Positions 52,191 through 64,000 of a stretch of DNA of 64,000 nucleotides are shown piece after piece. Every line of letters starts with the position of its first letter. The stretch's first letter is position 1. The notes under the pieces were generated by a model, which worked only from the letters and a program-made list of their open reading frames with translations, was not told the origin of the DNA and did no database searches. The DNA lies in assembly GCA_951406725.2 (NCBI GenBank), contig CATOCA020000001.1, positions 9,982,001-10,046,000 on the forward strand, in the 5' to 3' direction. The position numbers were made by a program, and so were the translations under genes. This DNA comes from Octopus vulgaris. Its lineage: Eukaryota.

Positions 52191-52268
52191 GTTAATATCT
52201 CAGTTTCTGGATAACTCAGGTGATGGGTCAGCATCTCCAGAGCTCAGGGTATTCCGTCGTCAGTGACA
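52191..52268 (-). ncRNA. Degenerate hammerhead motif
   Basis: GTCA CTGACGA CGGAATAC..GTTATCCA GAAA CTGAGA TA TTAAC. Core boxes present, stems imperfect. Confidence 0.45.
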
Positions 52269-52555
52269 ACGTGTATGCAGGAAGTTCCAGACAGAGAATT
52301 CACAGAACATAAAAGAATAAATCAGATGACAGAAGATTAAAGACAAAAGAATAAAAATTTTAAATCTATAGAGAGATATAGATATTAAATATATATCTTT
52401 CGGTTTCCGTCTAACAAATCCACTCACAAGGCTTTGGTCGGAAACGATGCTATAGCAAAAGACACTTGTCGAAATTGTCATGTTGTGGGCTGAACCTAGA
52501 ACCATACGGTTGGTTTGCAAGCTAATTATACATACACATATATATACATATATAT

Positions 52556-52618
<63 letters not shown>

Positions 52619-52653
52619 AACATACACATAAATTACGTACATACGCACACACG

Positions 52654-52691
<38 letters not shown>

Positions 52692-52837
52692 CATATATAT
52701 ATATATATATGCATACATACACATATATATGCATGCATACATACACAAATATATTTCATATATATATTCATGTATGTATATATACATACTTATTTTACAC
52801 ACATATACACACACAAATATATATTTATATATATATT

Positions 52838-53195
52838 TCTTTTATTCGTTTCAGTCATATAACTGCGACCATACTGGAGTCCGCCTACAATCGAACAAAT
52901 CGACCCCAGGACTAATTTTTGTAAGCCTATTACTTATTCTATCTTCTATCTTTTGGCGGACCGCTATATTTTGGAGACGGAAACACACCAACATCGGTTG
53001 TCAAGCGATAGTGGGGGCACAAGCACAGACACACAATCATATACATACATAAATATACGAAGGCTTCTTTCAGTTTCCATCTACCAAATCCGCTCAAAAA
53101 GCTTTATTCGGGCCGAGGATATAGTAGAAGACACTTCCCTGCTCTGCCATGCTGAACCCAAAAGCATGTGATTGGTTAGATAGCTACTTACCACA
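52838..53195 (-). mobile_element. tRNA-SINE family A, diverged (another fragment at 52398-52520)
   Basis: Colinear with the other copies. Confidence 0.75.
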
Positions 53196-53209
53196 CATCC
53201 AATATGTGC

Positions 53210-53378
<169 letters not shown>

Positions 53379-53382
53379 TATA

Positions 53383-53420
<38 letters not shown>

Positions 53421-53426
53421 AGTATA

Positions 53427-54037
<611 letters not shown>

Positions 54038-54125
54038 TTACATTTTAGTCTCATGACTATTTTTCTTTTCCACTGGGCCGCTGGTAGTGATAAATGTTTA
54101 TCGAATTTTTACTACCCTAAATTGA

Positions 54126-54165
<40 letters not shown>

Positions 54166-54174
<9 letters not shown>

Positions 54175-54524
54175 ATTGGTGAATTGAAGAAATGGAGCTG
54201 AACGCAGATTGAACAGAAATCGTTTTATTTCATTCTACACGTGTTTCGAAAGGCACAAATTACCAAAATCCGATTGAATAATGGGACCATATTGTGTCTT
54301 TCTCTTCAGGAAGAAAATAGGAAATCCGTTGGAAAAACAAAAACAGAACGTTGTTTTTCCAACGGATTTCCTATTTTCTTCCTGAAGAGAAAGACCAATA
54401 TGGTCCCATTATTCAATCGGATTTTGGTAATTTGTGCCTTTCGAAACACGTGTAGAATGAAATAAAACGATTTCTGTTCAATCTGCGTTCAGCTCCATTT
54501 CTTCAATTCACCAATAATGTTTTA
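54166..54524. repeat. Near-perfect inverted repeat (arms about 175 bp, 10-nt spacer) with a hammerhead in each arm
   Basis: Arms 54166-54340 and 54351-54524, one indel seen. Element continues to about 54675, then (TA)n. Confidence 0.95.
54373..54463 (+). ncRNA. Type I hammerhead ribozyme (mirror copy on - strand at about 54227-54318)
   Basis: ATTTTCTTC CTGAAGA GAAAG..CTTTC GAA ACACGTGT A | GAATGAAAT. Confidence 0.85.
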
Positions 54525-54729
54525 ATTTCAATTATCCGCACCAACGCACGGTTGCAACACCATATGGTTGTACCTCCAACCGTGCTGTTTACTGCTGTGA
54601 TTTTTGCTACTAAGGTATCGGTTAAACTTTTGATTAATCTACTACAAGATTATTCATCTTTCTATTTCACATAATATATATATATATATATATATATTTA
54701 TACATGCATACATACATACATAAATACAT

Positions 54730-54777
<48 letters not shown>

Positions 54778-54964
54778 GTAAAGAGTGAGTGAGGAATAGA
54801 GAAAGTGATAAAAAGCCATATATACATGTCCCAAATTGTTGTTGTGGGAGTTTGCTAGTTTATTACTTCGACCCCGATATGAACCTGCTTCTTATTTTAT
54901 CGACACTAAAACGTTAAAAGTGAATGTTAGCATTGGCACAATTCGCACAGGCTGAACAAGATGT

Positions 54965-55340
54965 ATAGTTCTACAATAGGCACAAGGCGTGAAATTTGGG
55001 CGGGGAACAAGTCGAACTCATCGACCTTCAGTGTTTGACTGGTACTTAATTTATCGTCCCCGAAATGATGAAAGGCAAAGTCGACCTCGGCTGAATTTGA
55101 ACTCATTACGTATCGACGGGCGAAATATTTGTTTCTTTATTAGCCACAAGGGAATAAACATAGAGGGGACAAACAAGGACAGACAAACGGATTACGTCGA
55201 TTAATCGACCCCAGTGCGTCACTGGTACTTAATTTATCGACCCTGAAATGATGAAAGGCAAAGTTGACCTCGGTGGAATTTGAACTCAGTTCTTAGCGAC
55301 GAACGAAATACGGCTAAGCATTTCGCGCGGGGCACTAACG
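54965..55340 (-). mobile_element. tRNA-SINE family C with duplicated core
   Basis: ACTGGTACTTAATTTATCG..GACCTCGG..AATTTGAACTC occurs twice. Confidence 0.8.
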
Positions 55341-55420
55341 TTTCTACTAGCTTGCCACATCTGGGTAGGCACGATATAGCAGTAATTGTTGGTCTGAGTC
55401 ACCTGCGTGTTTATCTGTGT

Positions 55421-55484
<64 letters not shown>

Positions 55485-55716
55485 AGAATGTTGAAACTGA
55501 GTCACACTTGACTTAACATTAACGACTGCAGGCCTCTTAGTCAAAAATCAGGTCAGACATTTTTATATACATGTAAGCAGCTTTCGTCAACGTCATCATC
55601 ATAATCGCCATCATCATTATTGTCAAGGCTATACACGCACGCGCACTATTACATGTCTGCATTTGTATGTATAGATGTATCAGTAGGTATATATATGGAC
55701 ATACATTATATATATG

Positions 55717-55768
<52 letters not shown>

Positions 55769-55805
55769 TCTATCTATCCGTATAACCACACGTACGTAAA
55801 TGTAT

Positions 55806-55887
<82 letters not shown>

Positions 55888-56004
55888 ATGTGTGTGTGTG
55901 TTTGTGTGTGTGTGCGTGTGTATCCATTTATGCATGTCTGTTTGCATATATGTAGAGATATATTTACAAATATCTATTCATGTATCTGTGTGCATGTATG
56001 TATG

Positions 56005-56043
<39 letters not shown>

Positions 56044-56279
56044 GGACAGAGAGAGAAAGAGTGGGAGAGAGAGAGAAAGAGAGAGAGAGAGTGAGTGAGT
56101 TGTGGTTCAACAAGGCACCAATGTTTATTAGAAATAGCAGTCAGTATAAATGTGACACTATCGTAAAGCTTCAGGGTTTTTGAACTCGCAAAGACGTTTG
56201 AGGGCAAAGAACGTAAAAAAAAATAATTCGCCTTGCTTCAAGGAATAGCAGTAAATAAATTGACATCCCCCAGAATTGA

Positions 56280-56432
<153 letters not shown>

Positions 56433-56578
56433 ATATAAAAATATATAAAGATATATATACATATGTATGAATACATATATACATACATGAATTATAGAAG
56501 TGATATTTTCATGAACTATACCCGTGATATACCCTCCAGCGTTCATTAGGTGTCTTAATCACTATGCCATATGCCCAC

Positions 56579-56948
<370 letters not shown>

Positions 56949-57424
56949 TTCCTTTTTGTATAAGACCGCAGGACGCGGTCTTATAGCGACCAAAATACTT
57001 TGACAAATTGAACTTAAATGTTGAAGTAAATCGAACGGCTTTTGTGTGTATCTTAAACGGCTTACAAACACCTTCCACGCTGCAATTGTTTACGTTTCAG
57101 CACTCGATCTCAGATCAAATCACTTGCAATGCAAGTACATCTCTGTAATCTTTTTCATTAAATCTCTTTATGGATATCTTGGTTCTTTTTTTCTCAGAAA
57201 CAATTATCTGGGATGGGATTATGAAATAAAAGGATAATCCATTTTAACATCCAATCTGCATCATTTGATTTATTTGATGAAAATTATTAAACTTTGTCTA
57301 ATATATTGTCTCATACTGACTCCCTCTCTCTCCCGTCTCCCTCCTTTCTCTCTCACTCTCTATATAAGGTTATGAGATGTAATGGAGTCAATAAATCCCA
57401 AAGGTGTCAGGTAATGCTGAGTAA

Positions 57425-57582
57425 ATGCACCAGTGACGTCGCAACTCATTTCTACAGCTGAGTGAACTTGAGCAACGTGAAATAAAGTGTCTTGCTCAAG
57501 AACACAACACGCAGCCCGGTTCGGGATTCGAGCTCACAACCTCACGATCGTAAGCTCGACGCTCTAACCACTGAGCATGCAC

Positions 57583-57585
<3 letters not shown>
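57425..57585 (-). mobile_element. tRNA-SINE family D, 5' part
   Basis: GCTCAGTGGTTAGAGCGTCGAGCTTACGATCGTGAGGTTGTGAGCTCGAATCCC tRNA-like head. Confidence 0.8.
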
Positions 57586-57642
<57 letters not shown>

Positions 57643-57647
<5 letters not shown>

Positions 57648-58085
57648 TGAGCGCTACATCATCTGCATGATGTGGAAAATATTCCATCAGCATTGCCCAA
57701 ATGATGTTGGCATCACCTTTAAGGTACATCCAAGGCTTGGGCCCCGTGCCATCCGCCCAAAACAAAAATCGCACTCTCATCTCATAACAACAATACGGCA
57801 CAATTATTTCACCTCAATTGGCCCCGCTCTCTTTAACATTACACCAAAACACATTAAAACAGAAACTGACCCTATAGGGTTCAAGAAGTCTTTGGACAGA
57901 TTCCTTCAAGAAATCCCGGATAAACCCCCTACACCCGGATATGTCTCTGTAAACAATAACTCTCTACTTGAGTGGGCCATAGTGCCCAAATTCTGACTTG
58001 AAAGACTTCACCAGGTGGTGCTATTAAGTTAGACATGGCCTGGGCCAATAATGGCCGAAACCTATCAAAGTATCAAAGTATCAAA

Positions 58086-58088
<3 letters not shown>
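57643..58088 (+). mobile_element. 5'-truncated LINE 3' end, related to 44878-48725, between (TA)n tracts
   Basis: RERYIICMMWKI..GPALFNITPK..FKKSLDRFLQEIPDKP..NNSL. Tail ends in (TATCAAAG)3. Confidence 0.85.
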
Positions 58089-58167
<79 letters not shown>

Positions 58168-58169
58168 TT

Positions 58170-58656
58170 AGGTTATGAGAGGTAATGGGGTCAATAAATC
58201 CTAAAGGTGTCAGGTAATGCTGAGTAAGTGCTATGGACAGACTGTAGTTAAGCTCTATGTTCGGTGGTTATGTGAATGAGGAGTCCAACGTATCTCATAT
58301 ATCAGCATGGGTAGATATGAAAAAAATTAACAGAATGAGATGAAAGTCTCAGGCTGTGAAAGATTTCAGAACATTTATAAAGAGAAGGTCTTAGAGCTGT
58401 TTCCGGGATAATTTATATACCCCTTCATCGGACACGGTGTGAGAAGATGGTTAAGCAATAGTTATTCTAGATAAGATATGAAATAGAGAGTGGAGTGGAG
58501 GAATGAAAATAGATGTGAGATATGCAGGGATATTGTATCTGTAGCTCCATTATTTAGGCAGAATGGTTTACATAAAAGATTCCTGTACCTTGTGTGTAAG
58601 CTGTTTTAGTACCTGACACCTTTGGGTCTTATCGACACCATGACCTCTCATAACCT
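58170..58656. mobile_element. Element with about 47-bp imperfect terminal inverted repeats in (TA)n, containing a decayed hammerhead (58388-58435, -)
   Basis: AGGTTATGAGAGGTAATGGGGTCAATAAATCCTAAAGGTGTCAGGTA and its inverse at about 58609-58656. Solo terminus at 57367-57425. Confidence 0.6.
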
Positions 58657-58659
58657 CAA

Positions 58660-58740
<81 letters not shown>

Positions 58741-58784
58741 AGTGAGTGAGAAATAGAGAAAGTGAAAAAAAACCATTGATACAA

Positions 58785-59365
58785 GATATATAGTTCTACA
58801 ATAGGCACAATGCGTGAAATTTGGGCGAGGGGACAAGTCGAATGCATCGACCTTCATTCTTTGACTGGTACTTAATTTATCGACCCCGCAATAATAAAAG
58901 GCAAAGTTGACCTCGGCTGAATTTGAACTCGAAACATATCGACGGGCAAAATATCTGTTTCTTTATTATCCACAAGGGGCTAAACATAGAGGGGACAAAC
59001 AAGGACAGACAAACGGATTAAGTCGATTACATTGGCCACATGCGTAACTGGTACTTAATTTATCGACCCCGTACTAATGAAAGGGAAATTCGACCTCGGC
59101 TGAATTTGAACTCAAAACATATCGACGGGCAAAATATCTGTTTCCTTATTATCCACAAAGGGCTAAACATAGAGGGGACAAACAAGGACAGACAAACGGA
59201 TTAAGTCGATTACATTGGCCCCAGTGCGTAACTGGTACTTAATTTATCGACCCCGTACTAATGAAAGGGAAATTCGACCTCGGCGGAATTTGAACTCAGT
59301 ACTTAACGGCGGACGAAATACGGCTACGAATTTCGCCCGGCGCGCTAAAGTTTCTAGCAGCTCGC
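58785..59365 (-). mobile_element. tRNA-SINE family C with triplicated core (period 183-184 bp)
   Basis: ACTGGTACTTAATTTATCGACCCC starts at 58864, 59047 and 59231. Confidence 0.85.
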
Positions 59366-59901
59366 TGTTATTTCTAGTGGGTGAATGGCCTATTATGGCC
59401 GTTCCTTGATTGTGATGTTGAACTTATTAATGATCTATGACTATTTAATTTTTTCCCACTAGGCCGCTGGTGGCAAAAAAATTCTACGAAATTTTTTGCC
59501 ACCCTATATTGATTAATTATGAATTTTCTGGTTAATTCCGTAATGGAATCGGCGGCTTATATTTGCTGCCGATAAATTTGGCGCGAGTGCGATGATTTGA
59601 AAATTTTAGGTCAGATATTGCCGAGGCAGGGATTGAAGTGCCTCGTGAAAATATCTGCTCCGATCTGGCTGTTTCTTACTGACGAATCTATCGGCCTATG
59701 GAAGATTGGCTTGATTTAATTTAATCAGGTTAGTTTACCATTAAACAATAGATGAAACGGTGCATCGTATAAGAAATTACAGGGTAAATGTTTTTTTAAT
59801 TTTCTCCTGGTTTGCGGAATTAATGTTGTTTTGCGGTTTGAAGCTTTGGCTGTTATTTCTAGTGGGTGAATGGCCTATTATGGCCGTTCCTTGATTGTGA
59901 T
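59364..59901 (+). mobile_element. Retrozyme-like element: 485-nt monomer with identical 53-bp terminal direct repeats and a hammerhead
   Basis: Repeats at 59364-59416 and 59849-59901. 3' end abuts (TA)n. Homologous to 53604-54130. Confidence 0.85.
59672..59776 (+). ncRNA. Type I hammerhead ribozyme, intact
   Basis: TTTCTTA CTGACGA ATCTAT..ATAGAT GAA ACGGTGCATCGT A | TAAGAAA. Predicted cleavage after 59769. Confidence 0.92.
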
Positions 59902-59910
59902 ATATATATA

Positions 59911-59976
<66 letters not shown>

Positions 59977-59978
<2 letters not shown>

Positions 59979-60360
59979 CGCAGGAGTGGCTGTGTGGGAA
60001 GTAGCTTGCTTACCAACCACATAGTTCCAGGTTCACTCCCTCTGCGTGGCATCTTGGGCAAGTGTCTTCTACTATAGCCTCGGGCCGACCAAAGCCTTGT
60101 GAGTGGATTTGTTTGACGGAAACTGAAATATATATATATATGTATGTGTGTGTGTGTCTGTGTTTGTTCCCCTAGCATTGCTTGACAACCGATGCTGGTG
60201 TGTATACATTCCCGTCACTTACCGGTTCGGCTAAAGAGACCGATAGAGTAAGTACTGGGCTTACAAAGAATAAGATCCGGGGTCGAGTTGCTCGACTAAA
60301 GGCGGTGTTCCAGCATGGCCGCAGCCAAATGACTGAAACAATTAAAAGAGTGAAAGAGTA
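59977..60360 (+). mobile_element. tRNA-SINE family A, full length
   Basis: Head, core and tail, between TA repeats. Confidence 0.9.
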
Positions 60361-60654
60361 TATATATATATATGCATATATTTGTGTGCATGTGTTCATG
60401 TGTGTGTATCCATTTCTGAATGTATGTATGCATGTATGTAGGGATATATTTATTTACAAATATATATTCAAGTATATGTGTGTGTGCCTGTGTATTACTT
60501 TCGCCTAATTTGTGGTGGGTTATGATTATAATTCGATCTATAGCCATTACTTAACAAATAAATCATTAATTCTTTAGTCTGAAATAAAAGGAAGGGCAAC
60601 AAAACTTTTATAATAATTGTCATTTAAGCCCAATTGCCTTAATTTCGGAACATA

Positions 60655-60768
<114 letters not shown>

Positions 60769-60799
60769 TATATACATATACATATAAATATATATATAC

Positions 60800-61063
60800 T
60801 CTCTCTTTTACTCTTTTACTTGTTTCAGTCATTTGACTGCGGCCATGCTAGAGCACCACCTTTAGTCGAGAAAATCGACCCCGGGACTTATTCTTTGTAA
60901 GCCCAGTACTTATTCTCTCGGTCTCTTTTGCCGAACCGCTAAGTGTCGGGGATGTAAGCACACCAGCATCGGTTGTCAAGCAATGCTAGGGGGACAAACA
61001 CAGACACACAAACACATACACACACACATATATATATACATATATACGACAGGCTTCTTTCAG
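60800..61063 (-). mobile_element. tRNA-SINE family A, 3' part
   Basis: Core and tail present, abuts the Helitron fragment. Confidence 0.88.
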
Positions 61064-61372
61064 TATATAAGTCTATCGATACAACTCCTGACCCAGAGGA
61101 CGTCATCAACTATCCAATAGAGGTACTCAATTCCTTTAAGCCCCCCGGACTACCACCACACATTCTCAAACTTAAAGTTGGTGCCCCTATAATGCTCATT
61201 AGAAATTTGGTTCCCCCAATACAATGCAATGGCACACGTTTGATCGTTAAGTCCTTATGTCCCACCGTAAACTTATATCAATATTTGCCTGAATAATCAT
61301 CATAATTCAGTGCAATCATTAACAGTACTTTCAAGCAATTCAGGCCCGAGCATCGCCGGGCAATTCTGCTAG
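61064..61372 (+). mobile_element. Helitron fragment: PIF1-like helicase piece plus canonical 3' terminus
   Basis: [41 protein letters not shown], then hairpin GCCCG-agcatcgc-CGGGC and CTAG|T. Confidence 0.88.
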
Positions 61373-61414
61373 TGTATGTATTTATGTATGCATGTGTGTA
61401 TGTATGTACGTATG

Positions 61415-61448
<34 letters not shown>

Positions 61449-61748
61449 TGTATGTATGTATGTATGTATGTATGTATGTATGTATGTACGTATGTAAGTA
61501 TGTATGTATGAATATATATGTATGTATGTATGTATATATGTATGTATGTATTTATGTATGTATGTATGTATGTATGTAAGTATGTATGTATGTATGTATG
61601 CATATATGTATGTATGTATTTATGTATGTAAGTTTGTGTGTATGTATATATGTATGTATGTATCTATGTATGTATGTATGTATGTATGGATGGATGGATG
61701 TAAGTATATATGTATGTATGTATGTATATATGTATGTATGTATGTAAG

Positions 61749-61782
<34 letters not shown>

Positions 61783-61852
61783 TGTATGTTTGTATGTATG
61801 AATGTATGTATGTATGTATGTACGTATGAATGTGTTTGTGTGTGTATGTATG
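61373..61852. repeat. (TATG)n microsatellite, representative of dozens of (TA)n, (CA)n, (GA)n, (TACA)n and (TATC)n tracts
   Basis: Direct reading. Confidence 0.97.
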
Positions 61853-62513
61853 AATTTAAATATTAAGGTTTGAACGTTTTCCGTATAAAAAATTGAAAAA
61901 ACGGACTTCTTTACAAAGATAAAATGTTTTTATGGAAATGGGCGGACTGATTGTGGTGGTGGTGGCCACGTTCGTGATGACGTATAGAGAGGAAGAGAGA
62001 GAGAGAGAGTGAGAGAGAGAGTGAGAGAGAGAGAGAAATAGAGAAAGAAAGAATGTAGCAATGAATAGGAGTTGCGGGAGAGATATTATTCAGTGTGTGG
62101 TTATTGGAGACAGGTAGTCTCTGTCTTCTCGCTAACACACTCGCTACAATATACACACATATACCTTTAATCAAACATACATTCACACTACACACATATA
62201 TACATACATACATCATATACCATGACAGTACAACATACATACTTACACATACACACGTTTAAACAAAGATACACGCACAGGACAAAGTAACACCCACACG
62301 TTTATAATCTTCGTCCTGGCATTTCATAATTACGTAGCGACCGTTGCAGCAGTGGAACAGAGACATATACATACACATATGCACACACATATGCACACAC
62401 ATACGCATACACACACACACACACACATGTATTTTTCCTGAATATCAAACTAATATTCTTGCTTATTATTCCTACACCTGACTCCAGTTTTTGTTTTTTC
62501 TATAAATTTCAAC

Positions 62514-62544
<31 letters not shown>

Positions 62545-62871
62545 GTGTATATTAAGGGCTAAAAGCCACTATGTGGACAGCCATATGCTAGAAATAGATC
62601 ACCTACGATCAAACTACAAAGAAAGAATGTTCTCTAGGGAATACATGTGTATATTAATGTGCATACATACATACATACATGCATACATACATACATTCAT
62701 ACATACATACATACATACATTCATACATTCATACATTCATTCATACGTACATACATACATTCATACATACATACATACATACATACATACATACATGTAG
62801 GGTGAATGTATGTTTGATTAAAGGTATATGTGTGTATATTGTAGCGTGAGTGTTAGCGAGTAGATAGAGAC

Positions 62872-62908
<37 letters not shown>

Positions 62909-62915
62909 TATATAC

Positions 62916-63024
<109 letters not shown>

Positions 63025-63073
63025 TATATATATATATATATGTACTTATATATCTATACATCTATCTATCTAC

Positions 63074-63157
<84 letters not shown>

Positions 63158-63173
63158 ATATATATATATATAT

Positions 63174-63580
63174 GGCTGTGTGGTAAGTAGCTTGCTAACC
63201 AACTACATGGTTCCGGGTTCAGTCACACTGCGTGGCATCTTGGGCAAGTGTCTTCTGCTATAGCCTCGGGCCGACCAATGCCTTGTGAGTGGATTTCGTA
63301 GACGGAAACTGAAAGAAGCCTGTCGTATATATGTATATATGTATAAGTGTGTGTGTATACGTTTGTGTGTCTGTGTTTGTCCCCCTAGCATTGCTTTACA
63401 ACCGATTCTGGTGTGTTTACGTCCCCGTCACTTAGCAGTTTGGAAAAACAGACCGATAGAATAAGTACTGGGCTTACAAAGATTAAGTCCCGGGGTCGAT
63501 TTGCTCGACTAAAGGCGTTGCTCCAGCATGGCCGCAGTCAAATGACTGAAACAAGTAAGAGAGTAAAAGAGTAAAGAGTA
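63174..63580 (+). mobile_element. tRNA-SINE family A, nearly full length
   Basis: Head, core and tail present. Confidence 0.9.
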
Positions 63581-63619
63581 TATATATATACATATATATA
63601 TGTACACATATATCTATAC

Positions 63620-63685
<66 letters not shown>

Positions 63686-63787
63686 ATATATATATATAAT
63701 ATATACTTTATAAAGCATATTACTCTACCATTGGTATTTGAGTACTCTTTTTTTCCACCTTGTTTCACATTTATGTGTTTACTCCGG

Positions 63788-63840
<53 letters not shown>

Positions 63841-63844
<4 letters not shown>

Positions 63845-64000
63845 TTAGAGATAGTATAAAATCTTTATAAGGATTTATCAAGTAGTTAGCGTGAAAAGCG
63901 TCATAAGAGAAAAATCCACCATTTTTTTTCATTTAAATGTATTTATTTATATTATATAGAGGGCATCACTATACATAAATGCTACACGCTAGGGGGACTC
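63841..64000. mobile_element. Terminus of an element related to the left end of the 4163-9195 PLE; runs off the window
   Basis: TTATCAAGTAGTTAGCGTGAAAAGCGTCATAAGAGAAAAA..TATAGAGGGCAT..CACGCTA resembles 4212-4331. Follows (TA)n. Confidence 0.7.

Noticed and set aside
57520-57585. tRNA gene calls for SINE heads (also 38625-38700 and 51603-51675)
   Set aside because: They continue into SINE bodies and lack a complete cloverleaf.
58855-59300. CRISPR-like regularly spaced repeats
   Set aside because: Whole 183-bp units repeat with no unique spacers, the context is eukaryotic and no cas genes are present.

Overview
AT-rich, microsatellite-saturated animal DNA. The repeat landscape suggests a cephalopod such as Octopus, which is inference. 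Most of the window is retroelement-derived: three RTE-type LINEs, one near-complete APE+RT LINE with a CCCH-finger ORF1, L1/Tx1 and R4/Dong scraps, Helitron scraps and about 30 tRNA-SINE copies from four families. The most striking signal is a near-intact Penelope-like element at 4163-9195. It has Naiad-type DKT and CxCx5C motifs, RT plus a C-terminal GIY-YIG domain, and unusual Asn-rich inserts. It sits in (TA)n and carries a different type I hammerhead ribozyme at each end. About a dozen more hammerhead or hammerhead-like motifs lie in short non-coding elements that also abut (TA)n. Some are circularly permuted monomers with terminal direct repeats (485 and 347 nt), some are near-perfect 175-210 bp palindromes, and one has a tRNA-like head. 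Together they look like an autonomous Penelope driver plus a set of retrozyme-like passengers. Hidden among the repeats are small phase-compatible GT-AG exons of an adhesion-GPCR-like ectodomain (SEA-like + HRM), tandemly duplicated, with no GAIN/7TM exons found. Several segmental duplications and inversions are present. All calls were made by eye and element boundaries are approximate.
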